Below, piece by piece: positions 37,450-49,439 of a stretch of DNA of 64,000 nt. The notes under the pieces were generated by a model, which saw nothing but the letters and a program-made list of their open reading frames with translations, was not told the origin of the DNA and did not search any database. Source of the stretch: Gordius albopunctatus (Eukaryota). The stretch spans positions 8,246,001 through 8,310,000 of the forward strand of contig OZ193909.1 of the NCBI GenBank assembly GCA_964276515.1. The letters are read 5' to 3'. The translations under genes were made by a program, and so were the position numbers. How positions within the stretch are numbered: the stretch's first letter is position 1; each line of letters begins with the position of its first letter.

Positions 37450-39815
37450 GGGTGGCGTAGTGGGTATAGGTTTAGACTTTGAAGCAAGAGGTTGCCGGTT
37501 CGATACCACCTCCGGCACTTATTTCAAAGATTCAAAATATCTCAAATCGTCAACACAGCTGTCAGGCCTGGATAGCCGAGCCTCACCCCTGATCCAAGTG
37601 GTATGAAAGTTCTTAATAATGAAAGTAATTAAAGCGCTAGGGCGTCCTCCATAAACGACGCGCATGGCAGGCGCCCGTATCATGTGAAAAGTCAACGAGG
37701 GTCACTAAATCTTCCGCAAACGGATGTAGTTAAAGAAACTAGTTTGCTAAAGACGAGATTGTGAGTGGGCTCAATAATGATGACTGCAAAATGCCGAGAA
37801 GTTGCTGACACCCTCAGCAAGCGACGGGTTGATATAGCGTTTATACAGGAAACAAGATGAAAGGCGCAAAAGGAAGGATGATACAATGGCCTAGAAACAA
37901 ATAAAAATGGCGTGGCAATCAAACTAGCCTCACATCTGCAAAATAAAGTCATAGAGGTACAAAGGAAAAGTGAGCGACTCATGATGTTGAAACTATGTAT
38001 AGAAGGTCAAATGATTACTGTAGTTTGCGGATATGCTCCTCAAACAGGATGCACAGATGAAGAAGAGGAGGACTTTCGCGAAGAATTAGACGAAACGAAA
38101 CGCTGCGAATGATACCCAGAGATGAGATAGTTATAATTGGAACGGATATGAATGGTCACGTAGGCAAAACAAGAAAAGGATTTGAACGGTACCATGGTGG
38201 AAATGGATACGGAGCGAGAAACGATGAAATATTGAAAATAGCCGTACCATTTTATTTGGCCATCACAAATACCTTCTTCAATAAGATTTTAAATCACCTA
38301 ATAACGTACAAAAGTGGAAATTCATCTTCGCAGATTCACTTCCTCCTAATATCAAGAAAGAAATTAAGGAATGTACGAGATTGTAAGGTGATACCAGCAG
38401 GTGAGGCTATTGCAGCCCAGCATAGACATTTTGTAATGGACTATACCATATCCAAGGCGCAAACACAAAAACCGACAAGATTAAATGGGAAAATAAAATG
38501 GTCCCGGCTACCAAAATTGAAAAATATTTACAATGATCAAATAGTTGAACGGCTGCAAATAGATGATCGTTAATGATATAAGGAACTCAAGGGATGTGAT
38601 AAACGTGAAAACTATAAAGACTAAGGAAGGCATCACTCTAACTCTGGACCATCAAATCATATATGGTTGGGAAGAATACTATAAATATTATTAAACAGTG
38701 AAAATGTGTTTTCGGACCATTGCGAAAGCAATAACTATCAATATGACTCAGAGTTAAAAGTGACAGAAGAAGAGGTTGACCATGTGCTTAAAAAGATAAC
38801 CATGGGTAGAGCGGTGGGACCTGATAAATACCTATAGAAGCTTTCAAAATGATGCCTAATGAGTGGAGGGAAAGCTATGTTATACCTATCTATAAAATGA
38901 GGGAGATGTACAAGAATGCAACAACTATCGAGGGATAAAGTTAACGAGTCATGTAAAGGAAGTGTGGGAAAAGGTTATAGAAGCTAGAGCCAGAAAAGTA
39001 ATCTCAATAGATGAACGACAATTCTGGTTCATGCCTGGAAAGTTGACTTTAGATACAATACATGGTCTTAGGAGACTTATGGAATTATATTAGGAAAAAC
39101 GATCTTGAGAAAGCTTTCGATAAAGTGCCAAGGCAGTTAATATGGGATAGTCTGAGTACCAAGACGCTTATATAATGATAATAAAGTATATGTATAGAAA
39201 CGCAAAAACCAAAGTAAGGACATCCAGTGGTACATCAAGGATCGTCATTAAGTCCATTGCTCTTTATAACAATGATGGATTCTATAACTAAGGACCTGGA
39301 ACGCGAATTACCTTGGGGAATCCTCTTTGTCGATAATATAGTGCTATGCGTAGACTCAAAGTGGAATTAGCAGAGTAGGTAAAAGTGTGGATGGAGCGAA
39401 TTGAAAGCAAAGGCCTTAGGGTTAATCAAGATAAAACTGAATATGTATGCTTACAGTCTGGTAATGAATACAAAGAAGCACACCCGCAAAACGATGAATG
39501 TTGTTTATGCAGTAGAAAGGAATTCAAATATCTTTGTTCTGAGGTACAATGTGATGGGGGTGTGGAAAACTAAATATGCTAGAATAAACGCAGGCTGGCC
39601 AAGATTTAGGGAGCTGAGTGGTGTACTATGTGACAAACACTTACCAGTCAAATTGAAAAGACGGTTATATAACACCGTTATTGTACCCACGGTGTTGTAT
39701 GGAGCGGAAACCTGGGCAATTAAGGCAAAATAAAAGCAAAGTTTGGCTACAATGGAGATGCAAATGTTAAGATGGATCTTAGGAATAAGCGAAAAGGACC
39801 ATATAAGGTAATAAA
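37450..39815 (+). mobile_element. Decayed near full-span RTE-clade LINE with a tRNA-like 5' head
   Basis: A/B-box head at 37453-37507, then AP-endonuclease (VVCGYAPQTGC, GTDMNGHVG, DCKVIP) and RT/C-terminal remnants (VLCDKHLPVKLK..LYGAETW). Confidence 0.88.
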
Positions 39816-42622
39816 TCCTCATAATAGAATTAAAGGATTAATTGAATTTTGTTATTATTTTGTTTTATTCTAAAACTACCGCGACAAAAAGATCCGCGAA
39901 ATTTCTTGGTTTAAAAAGGTTAAATTTTTCTCGTAAATATATTTACTACTCAAAAGAAGAAAAAATATCTGTGTAAGTGAAAATTGAAAGTTATGCAATA
40001 ATAATCGATAAAAAAATGGTAATAATAATTGATCTATTTATATCATAGAGATATTAACAAACATGATTCATTAAAATTTACGCGTATTGTGTGGAGGGGG
40101 GACGAATATATAAAATATAGTATACACACAAGGGGGTGAGCGTAAGGGGGTGGAGTACACCACACCTCTCCCTTTATCTAGAGGGCCACGGCTTAATAAT
40201 TATTTAGCTAGAGGTCGAGGCGGCGATTTACCTTATCTATTTTAAACAAACCCCCTTTATCCATCTCCCTCACTCTCCTCCCCCTCTCCTTATTTTTTTG
40301 CCCCCCCCCCCTTCTTCCAACTTCTTCTTCCCCTCTGCGGGTTTTTGCCCCCTTCTTTCACGCTCTTCCTCCCTCAAGAAGGGATGTGTGATTTGCCCCC
40401 CTCCCCCCTCCCATTTTACTCTCTCACTCACTCAGAGGAGAATTCCTAACCGATTGATCCCACTACCATAGTTTCCTATTCATATTTTGGCTTCCTTCCC
40501 CGCCCCCCCCATCCTCCCACGCTTTTAATTAATCTGCTTGAGTTTCTGCTCAGGTAATCTGCTCATTGCTTGAGAATTTTCAGCTTCGACTCGCCTCTCG
40601 AGCATTTTTATATCTAACTGTTCTGTCTAGTGCACCGAGTAGTAAGCACAGATTGTGCTATACGCACTAATTAAAAATTTATTGAGCGTTCTCGCGCAAG
40701 GCTCATATATATTTGTATGTTAAATATTTATTACCAAGTTGAGTTATGAAAGGCTATAAAAAATGATTTTATTCATTTATTTCAAAGTATGCCTAAAACA
40801 CAGAAAGAATCAATCCTTCGCATTTTATTGTGTCCAATGATAATGTAGATTAACCGTCGAAGCTCGACCAGATCCTGATGTATCCTTTATATTTTAGCCC
40901 AAGAGAGTCCCCATTTTTTTAAATCGTAATTTTTAACCAAATTTTATATATTTAAATTAATTTAATCTAATACATGTGAATAAACTTATTTGCTATTGTT
41001 GAAAATTTAAATCAAGAATAAGTATGAAAATTAAATGATGAGTCAATTTACCTGCTGATAAATATTTTTTATAACCTAACTTTCAAATTATATATTAGGA
41101 ATTTAATAAGTTTTTTAAATTGTTTTCTTAATTATTTTTTTAATGTGCAATCGTTATATGATATATGTGTTTTTATTTAAAAGCGTGAGAATTAAAATTT
41201 AAACTTTTGAGCAAAAAATAACTATATATGGGAACGCTGTAGGAACATATTATTTTAAAATACAGTTTGGCAAACTTTTAGAAACGTTTTACATGGTCTG
41301 TCGGCTTTAATTTGCATTAGGCCATGCGGCGTTATGTTAGACTGGCTCATCGGGCTCGTCCGAAGTCCGATTATTTTTATTTTTATCCGTGTCTTGCTCA
41401 TAATCTCTTCGGGCTAGGCCAGGTTCTATTGAAAAAGATTCGTAAAAGAAGTCTCCATACATTTTGTAGATTTATTTATAAATTGGATTAAAAGACGTAA
41501 TAAATGTTACTCTCGTTTTTTCAACATTATACCAACATAGCTTAGTTAATATATTAGCTTCCAGATATATATTTGATTTTACATTGTAATCCAATAACTA
41601 TTAATTGTTTTTTAAATAATGTATACAATTAAAAATAGTTATTAATAGACCGTTGTGATGAATAGAAGTTTTACACCTATTATTATTTATGTCATTTAAT
41701 GCAGGAAATGTAATGTGGAGCGAGTTGACTACTTGTGATCATTGCATCACTTAATTTAAATTTTACTTATTCTGTTTGTGGGGTGAGGACTTAACAAGTG
41801 AGGAAATATTTTATCGAAGGAGTAGCATGTTGAGAGATTAGTTTAGTTTCGGACTAATAATAGTAAAAAAAAGAAATGGTGATGGGTGAGATAACAACAG
41901 AGATTTTAGATTCAATATTATTAGATGCGTAGTTTGGATAAAAAAAAGTAATAGAAAAACGATGAATAAATTTGGATTATGAATTTTGAGAGGGAGGGGC
42001 GATGGTTCGGTGTTGGTTTGACATTTAATATTGCGGCACTTAACTTTATGAGTGGAATATAATAAAGATACGGATTTGTGTTTCTCATTAACTATAACCG
42101 GCAAATTTTTTAAGGGTGGTTACACCAATCTTCTGGCCTTGCGTAACACCTTAGACTGTAATGAAGTCTTAGGGATTTAAAACTGAATATAGAAATTGAT
42201 ATTTTACTTAATGACAAACTAATAAGCAAAAGACTGTTTGAACACTTGGAAATCTTAGTTTCAAAATGAATACAAATTTCATCATAGCATGTGGCCTTTC
42301 ATATTTATAGCCCCATTTAAAAGGAATCTTTAAAAGTAGCTAAAAAAACTATTTGAATTGTTGTAATAAGAGATCAGATACAGATGCCTATCATTAATAC
42401 AAGACATATTTGGAAATTGACTCAAATTATATCCTCAGTCTTTTACGATTATCTCTTTAAATGTTATTATTCCAATAAGATATTATTGTATCATATTCAT
42501 AATACAGTTTGTTAAGAGGAAAAGTGCGAAAAATTTGATTTTTCTCAATTATTAATAGTAAAATGGCATTTACACCTAGTGGAATATATTGTTTACCTTA
42601 GATTCAAATTTAAACCATAAAA

Positions 42623-43240
42623 ATGGTAATTGCGATAAAAAATTATGAATGTTATACTTTACTAGGGTGCCGGACGTGGTAATAAAATGATAAATTATAT
42701 TAATTATCGGATGAAGATCACTTTTCAAGATTCTCGTTCGTTTATAGGAACATTTAAAGCTTTTGATAAGCACATGAACGTTATCTTAAGTAAATTAATA
42801 TTTCTTCAATATTTATGCCATTAGGTGACTGTGAGGAGTTTAGAATAATTAAAACAAAGGATGAGAATAATCCTGAAAGGGAAGAAAAACGAACATTGGG
42901 CTTAGTTTTACTGAGGGGAGAAAATATTGTAGCAGTCACTGTTCATGGGCCTCCACCACCTGAAGTAAAATAGTTTTTGTTAAAACAATTACCAGCTAAT
43001 TAGGATAATAGACCTAAGGTTCCTATACCTGGAATTATTCCCCCTGGCATTGGTATTGGCCGTGCAGCTGGTAGAGGCATAGTCCCACCTATGCCAGGTG
43101 TGGGACCTCCTCCCATGATGGGACCAGTAGCAGGTTTAGGTGGGCCTCCTCCCCAAATGATGATGCCACAAGGTTATTAAATTTTCTCTTATTTTTAATG
43201 ATTATAATTAGGTGGACCTCCACCAGGGATTGGAATGTGA
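42623..43240 (+). CDS. SNRPB: Small nuclear ribonucleoprotein-associated protein B (SmB), 154 aa; exons 42623-42625, 42666-42789, 42825-42964, 43004-43172, 43212-43240
   Basis: [37 protein letters not shown]...[26 protein letters not shown]...GRAAGRG followed by a Pro/Gly/Met-rich tail. Introns are 40, 35, 39 and 39 nt. Confidence 0.95.
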
Positions 43241-43320
43241 AAATGTCGTTTATTATTGTACATACTAATTATAACATAAAGCTTCATTAATTATGGTGTA
43301 TAAATAATAAATCAATTGAC

Positions 43321-43520
43321 NNNNNNNNNNNNNNNNNNNNNNNNNNNNNNNNNNNNNNNNNNNNNNNNNNNNNNNNNNNNNNNNNNNNNNNNNNNNNNNN
43401 NNNNNNNNNNNNNNNNNNNNNNNNNNNNNNNNNNNNNNNNNNNNNNNNNNNNNNNNNNNNNNNNNNNNNNNNNNNNNNNNNNNNNNNNNNNNNNNNNNNN
43501 NNNNNNNNNNNNNNNNNNNN
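43321..43520. other. Assembly gap (200 N)
   Basis: Run of N. Confidence 1.
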
Positions 43521-44958
43521 CTTCCTGAATATGGCCTGGAAGAAATGAAATAAACATCCTTTAAATTTAAATTAGGAAAAAAAGTTGTAAATATACCCTT
43601 CACAACAGCGTTTGGGAATAAATCATTCAAAGCCCTTATACTAGCTTGCTCAAAATCTACTTGAACATATTGAGGGAGCAATAATAAATGATGTTCGGAG
43701 CAAACATCCTTAATAATTTCAAAAAGTAAATTTTAGGTTGCTTGGGACTTGTCCGGTAATAGTGCAAATATTACCGGCACCATATGCTCTTTATAATAGC
43801 AATGAACTGTATAGACCTATGGCGATAAAATTAATAATTATTCATTTAAATATATATACTTGTTTAAAGAGTGCTTCACATAGGATTTTTAAATTCCCAG
43901 GGGTACCAAAGACCAAGAGTTTATTACGATGGTTGTGCAATTTGCTTTTGGATAATTTCTGATGTCTGGCACATCACGGAATCTTTGAGCGATTACCCGG
44001 TGATATATGGCTGAAATTTTCTCTTTTGGGTTATTCATAACTTCACTTTTTAACATATTGATCGTGACTAGAAACTCATAATCGCCACGAGGAGGCTCAT
44101 GATTATGATTATTTGTGACATGGTAAGACTCAGTCACCTGAGTTTTCCTTTCCAAGTTTGTGATCGGCACTTATAGTATGTTTTGTTGTAAAAAACATGT
44201 TGTTTTGTATATAGATACCCATATAGATACAGAATGACCCCCATTTTTTGAGATACTAAAAATCTCATTGCTAATAAAAAAATTATATAGATATAAAATA
44301 TATAATAAGTTACAAGGGCCTGTTGCTTGCAAACTATGACAAGCATCCAACAGAATATGTGCATCATTTAATAAACCTTTAAAAGTGTTCTTGATCATTA
44401 AAAGATAAACAAAATTACATTGACTGTTAGTATTGGTGGAATTATAGAGGGTCATCGTTGAATAGTTATCAGAATTACATTGACTGTTAGTATTGGTGGA
44501 AATATAAGGGGCCATTGAATAGTTTCCAGTAACTACTGAATAAAAATATGAAATTAGTACATTAAATTACTTGAGATACTTGAGGTCAAACGTTGCCTAC
44601 TACTATTCAACCTAGAACGAAATCCTTCAATATTAAGAACTATAAAAATATTTAAACTTTATAAAATTAACACATAAAATTACCTTGGATATTTAAAATG
44701 CTTGAAGTGGAAGATAAATTAGGGTTCTGTTGTCTTTGGCCTGATAAATATATAAAAATACTAATGCCAATTTATACTTGTGTGTGGAATATTTGAATGC
44801 TCTTTAGTAATAAAATATGTATTTCCATCTTTTATAGCTCTGCCCGAACATTTAGTATTGCGGCACCTATGGTATATTTGAGAATTTTTCCCTTCCTTGT
44901 ATTTTGTATAGTAGAAATTGTCATAATAGTAGAGTTGATTTTTTCTTTGCGTTAACAT
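43521..44958 (-). mobile_element. Mutator-like (MULE) transposase relic with two FLYWCH-like domains
   Basis: FLYWCH-like segments at 44761-44958 and about 44090-44270 (frameshifted). The MULE core VQVDFEQASIRALNDLFPNAVVKG|CLFHFFQAIFRK is joined across a 38-nt intron (43559-43596). Confidence 0.75.
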
Positions 44959-45344
44959 GATTGACAGAAATGAAATAAAAATATTGTGAATGTCGGTATG
45001 TATGAGTGGTGATCAGTGGCGATTAGATCATGGTGAGCAGTGGATACTTGGTAATTTGAAATTTAGGATTTTGAAAATAAACCAAAAAGAGTAACTGAAA
45101 GATGCGCGTAAGTTACAATAAATGTCAGTTAGTTACATTTAAAATTGAGCTCAAATTATTCAAATAAACAAACCAAAGATTTTTTGCTATATTTTTCTTA
45201 GTCGACCACTAGGCTTAGTCAAAAGGTAAAAAACAGGCCAAAATCGACCGTTAGTCTTAGTTAAGCCAAAGGTCGACTAAACAAAACCAAGGTGTTTTTA
45301 CAAGACTACAATAGACTATTATATCAGAAAGACACTATTATATA

Positions 45345-45750
45345 TCTTGAAGGAAAAGCTCAATCACTAGTATATATGTAATTTTCCACCATATAATATT
45401 TAAGAAAATAAATAAGACTATTAACTTAATTTATAAATTTAAAAAAATAAGTAAAACCAAACAGTAAATCATCTTAACTTCTATTATTTGGTTACAATTT
45501 CCCACCGAATGGCGGTTTCTATACTTGCTAAAAAACCATCAGCTGTTCGGCAGTCTATGGACCATAGACTGAAGCGCCATTTTGTGGGAAATTGCAATCA
45601 AACAATAGAATCCATCATAATTTATTATTCTAATTTACTAATTTTTTTTTAAATTTATAAATTAAGCTAATAGACTTATTTAATTTCTTCAATATTTTAT
45701 CGTGGAGAAGTATAAATATACCTGTTGTCGAATTTTTCCTTCAATATGGC
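45345..45750. repeat. Imperfect ~200-bp-arm inverted repeat centred on CAGTCTATGG-A-CCATAGACTG
   Basis: The arms are reverse complements (e.g. ACAATTTCCCAC / GTGGGAAATTGC); the centre matches the CCATAGACT terminus of the 5465 MITE. Confidence 0.7.
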
Positions 45751-48700
45751 AGCTATTTTGGTGTCTGAATAATTTTAATAGTAAAAATCAGCTGTTCGGC
45801 AGTCTATGGTTTTATTAGTCTATGTTTTTAACCTATTTCCAGATGTTAGGTTGCTTAATTACCGTAACAGTGAGCTCTCTTATTATGCTTAAGAGACGAC
45901 GTTAAAACTGAAATCAAGCAACAAGCAAATGTAAATTAATTAGCAGATCTAATAAAAAAAGTTACTAGCATGGGGGTAGCTAGGGGTGGGCAGGGGATAA
46001 GAAGAAATTTAATTATTAATTTTTTTTCTAAAATCGATCTTAACCTCTAAAATAAACGAGGAAGATACTAATACAAACTAAATTTTAATTATTAAGGTAA
46101 TCAAAAATTTTATTTTTCTAAGTATGTAACATTAACATGATTATTTAAACTTAGATTAAATTTCTTGTTTATAGAAATTGCGGGTATTATACTACTAAAG
46201 AATAGTATAATAATATACAAATAAATGTAAATGATAATTTTAAAAAGTCTTTTGCACATTTCATTCATACATGCTCTATTTTTAAACACACTGAAAAATC
46301 TTTTTTCTTTATAAATTGTGCTTGCTGATTCTACAGTATGAATCGATGTGAAAATTCAACCAAAAATTAGTATTCCTCATAGTTTACTTTTTAATGATCA
46401 TGGTATAGTTAACTTAATTGTGGCATCCCACGTGCCAGTTGTTACTCTTCATTTTATATCCTCCCTTGTTTTATTTTACTCTCTAATTAAACTCTCGTTT
46501 TTAGGTCTGTGCTATTTCTATTTCTATCATAGCTCTCTTTGTATTTTATTGCTTTGTTCTCGTTCGCAGATACGATAGCGCGTGATTGTATTAAATAAAC
46601 ATCGTGACGGCTTCAAAAAATCTGCACATGATGATTAAAAACGTGAAGATATACCGAATTCACCATTATTATAATTTGTATACCACGAACTAACATTTTT
46701 CTCCAGTATTATAAGGATTTTGCCTTAATTTGTATTATTATCACGATTCGGAATAATTTGTAACTGCAAAATAGGAAAAAATAAATTATTAATTCATTAT
46801 AGTTAAATCAATAATTCTTTATTATTTAAAACAAATACAGCTGGTACTGCCAAAGCCGGGCATAGATGGGAATTTTGTTAAACATTGCGGGCCGTGCTTG
46901 GACTAGCGTTATGGTAATAAAACGGCCTTGGGATGGGCCTAGCTATAAGTAAAGCGGCTCTGACCACCATAATTATTTCACTAACGTTTTTATTTTATTT
47001 TAATATAAAATGTGGTGTTTTTTAAAGATGTTTATAAAATTTTATTATATGAATAAACTTTACAATATAATTTAATCAATATTAATATTTGTTCGTTATT
47101 ATTTTCTATAACTTGAGATTTAAAATACGTGAATTCCAAGAATTTATATTTTTTAATAAGGGGATCGTGAAACTTAACAAAAATAGGTTAATTATATAAA
47201 ATTAACCTTGCATAGATTTTCACTTATCATAAATGATTTTAAGCAAACCGCGTTGCTTGTTGGGAGAAACAAAAGCCTGTATAAGTCTGATTTTTTAACA
47301 TGATTAATATTAAAAATTCTTAGTGTTTTGACAGAAAATGATTAAAAAGCCGCAGAATATATAAGATTTTTTGGGAAGGGTGTAGGCTGGGCCTGTGCCC
47401 TGCAAAATATTAGTGGGGCCAAGTCGGGCTTTTAATTTTATTTTGACAGGCCCGGGACGGGACAATTTTTGGTATTAGTGGGGAAATTAAGCCAAAACGG
47501 GCCCGTACATGTGTTTAATTAAAATAATGGCCCTAATTAGCACAAACAGAAAAGGTGGAAGGGGCTCTTTGCAATTTGCATCCCCAAAGAAATTTAATGC
47601 ATTTTTTACAAAAATCTATAGATATTGAATTCATATAATTTGATTTTTGTTCAGCCGAAATTTTTGACACAAAATTATACCACCCCCCCCCCCCCCCTTT
47701 AATTAAGTAGTCCTGCCTCCGCAATTACTGTATATAATTTTAATAAATTTTTGTTTAATAGTATCTTTTATAAAAATTTTCACGTGAAAACCCCCTCCCC
47801 CTTCAGATAATCCTGGTTACGCCCTTATCTATAAGTCACAACAAATGTTGCATTGTACAAATTCATATTTCTCTTTAATATAGGTAATACATTTTTAAAA
47901 TATATCGAACTATAACTATTTTTGATTAACGTATACTTTTTTAGCTTACGCAATTGAATTATAGTGTTGTCAGATTTCTTAAAATATGGAAAAAATCGAA
48001 AGTGATTTACATTTTACTTGCAGTCATTAAAACATTTTGTTTTGAAGATTCTGTTAAATTCAATTAACTATAACAGCCAATGTTAGGTAATATTTAAACA
48101 TTATTATCACTGAATTACCCTAATAAACTATATTGCTAATATGTAAACTTTTAAAAAGTGACCTAAGTTTACAAAAATAAAGATAATAGCAAACAATACT
48201 TAATCTACTTTGAATTTATATTTATTTTATCATGTAAAAAGTGTCTACTATATTTTTTCTTATCCTCTTTAGTACTATTTAAGGATTTATATTCTTTGTC
48301 ATAATTTTGATACGAGGCCAAAAAAAGTCGAATTATTTTACTAATCAAGGGCCATACCCTGCCGGGATTTTTTATTCAGCTCTTTAACCCTAACCCGGTA
48401 TGAACAAGCCGGGCCCATAGAGACATCTAATCCTGGGTCTATAGCTAATCTCAGACTTCCTATAAGTAAAAATTGTAATAAAATTAATATAAACCGTGTG
48501 CTATTAATGGAAAATTCGGAGAATGCTTAGGTTAGTTTAATGGTGCCTTAACCTTATTCGGACACCTATGCTCTTATCTTTCCCTCTTCTTGCACCATTA
48601 TTACATTCTCCCCTCCTCTAATTATTACACTTTCCTCTCTCCGTACAACTGTTATTATACGCTAATAAATTACCTTCGCATTGTGATTTTGATAACTCAA

Positions 48701-49439
48701 ATTAACTAGGACAGAGCACATTACACATCCATCATATTTTTTTGATTCAGGTAGAGGTAGCCTATATTTCCGCGAAATATATTCACTTGAAAACATTTTA
48801 CTTTTATAAAGAACGCAAGCGGTATTCGCGATATACTTAATTCTGGCCGCTGATTAACAAATCGTCATTATGTGATGTTCTGAAAAAAAATTGTATAATG
48901 CAAGCAAGTAGAAAATAAGATTTATTTAATTTTATAATCATGTAATTATAGATATTTATTTCATTTTTATAGTTAGATCAAGCTAAAAAATACGGTTCTG
49001 ACATGGGGGTGTATGAATGAAAAAAGGGAGCTTACACAATGGAGGTACTTCTGGGGATGGCTACACCTACCATTAATTTTAGTATGAGCACATTTCCAAA
49101 AATGCGTTTCTTATAATTACCATTTTCCGATCAACAGATGTTCGGTATTATAATATCGTTGTTTACAAATAAATAGCGCAATTTTTTTTGATTTCAATCG
49201 CCGAGGGTCATTCAATTGTATTAAGATGGTAAGTAAAATTTTTTTAAAAGTATTATATCGCTATAGAAAGAAACTTTTGGGCATTATTTTGTATCATATT
49301 TCGATTTACTGAAAGCTAAGGCAGAATATGAAAACAAAATTTTCACCAATTTTTATACAGCAACATCCTTATCATTAGACAAAGATGAATATGGTTAAGA
49401 TATAATAACAAGATTTAAAATTCTCAACAGCCTTTTTAA

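Noticed and set aside
37446..37520. Functional tRNA-Gln gene
   Set aside because: The acceptor, anticodon and T stems pair poorly, and the sequence recurs as a diverged repeat attached to LINE sequence.
40780..42560. Possible gene upstream of or divergent from SmB
   Set aside because: Several short exon-like stretches occur on both strands, but no consistent spliced frame or recognisable motif could be built.
43265..43557. ORFs spanning N runs (also 60415-60699)
   Set aside because: Artefacts of translating assembly gaps.
46530..46730. Two possible minus-strand exons joined by a 33-nt intron
   Set aside because: No recognisable protein family and no start exon found.
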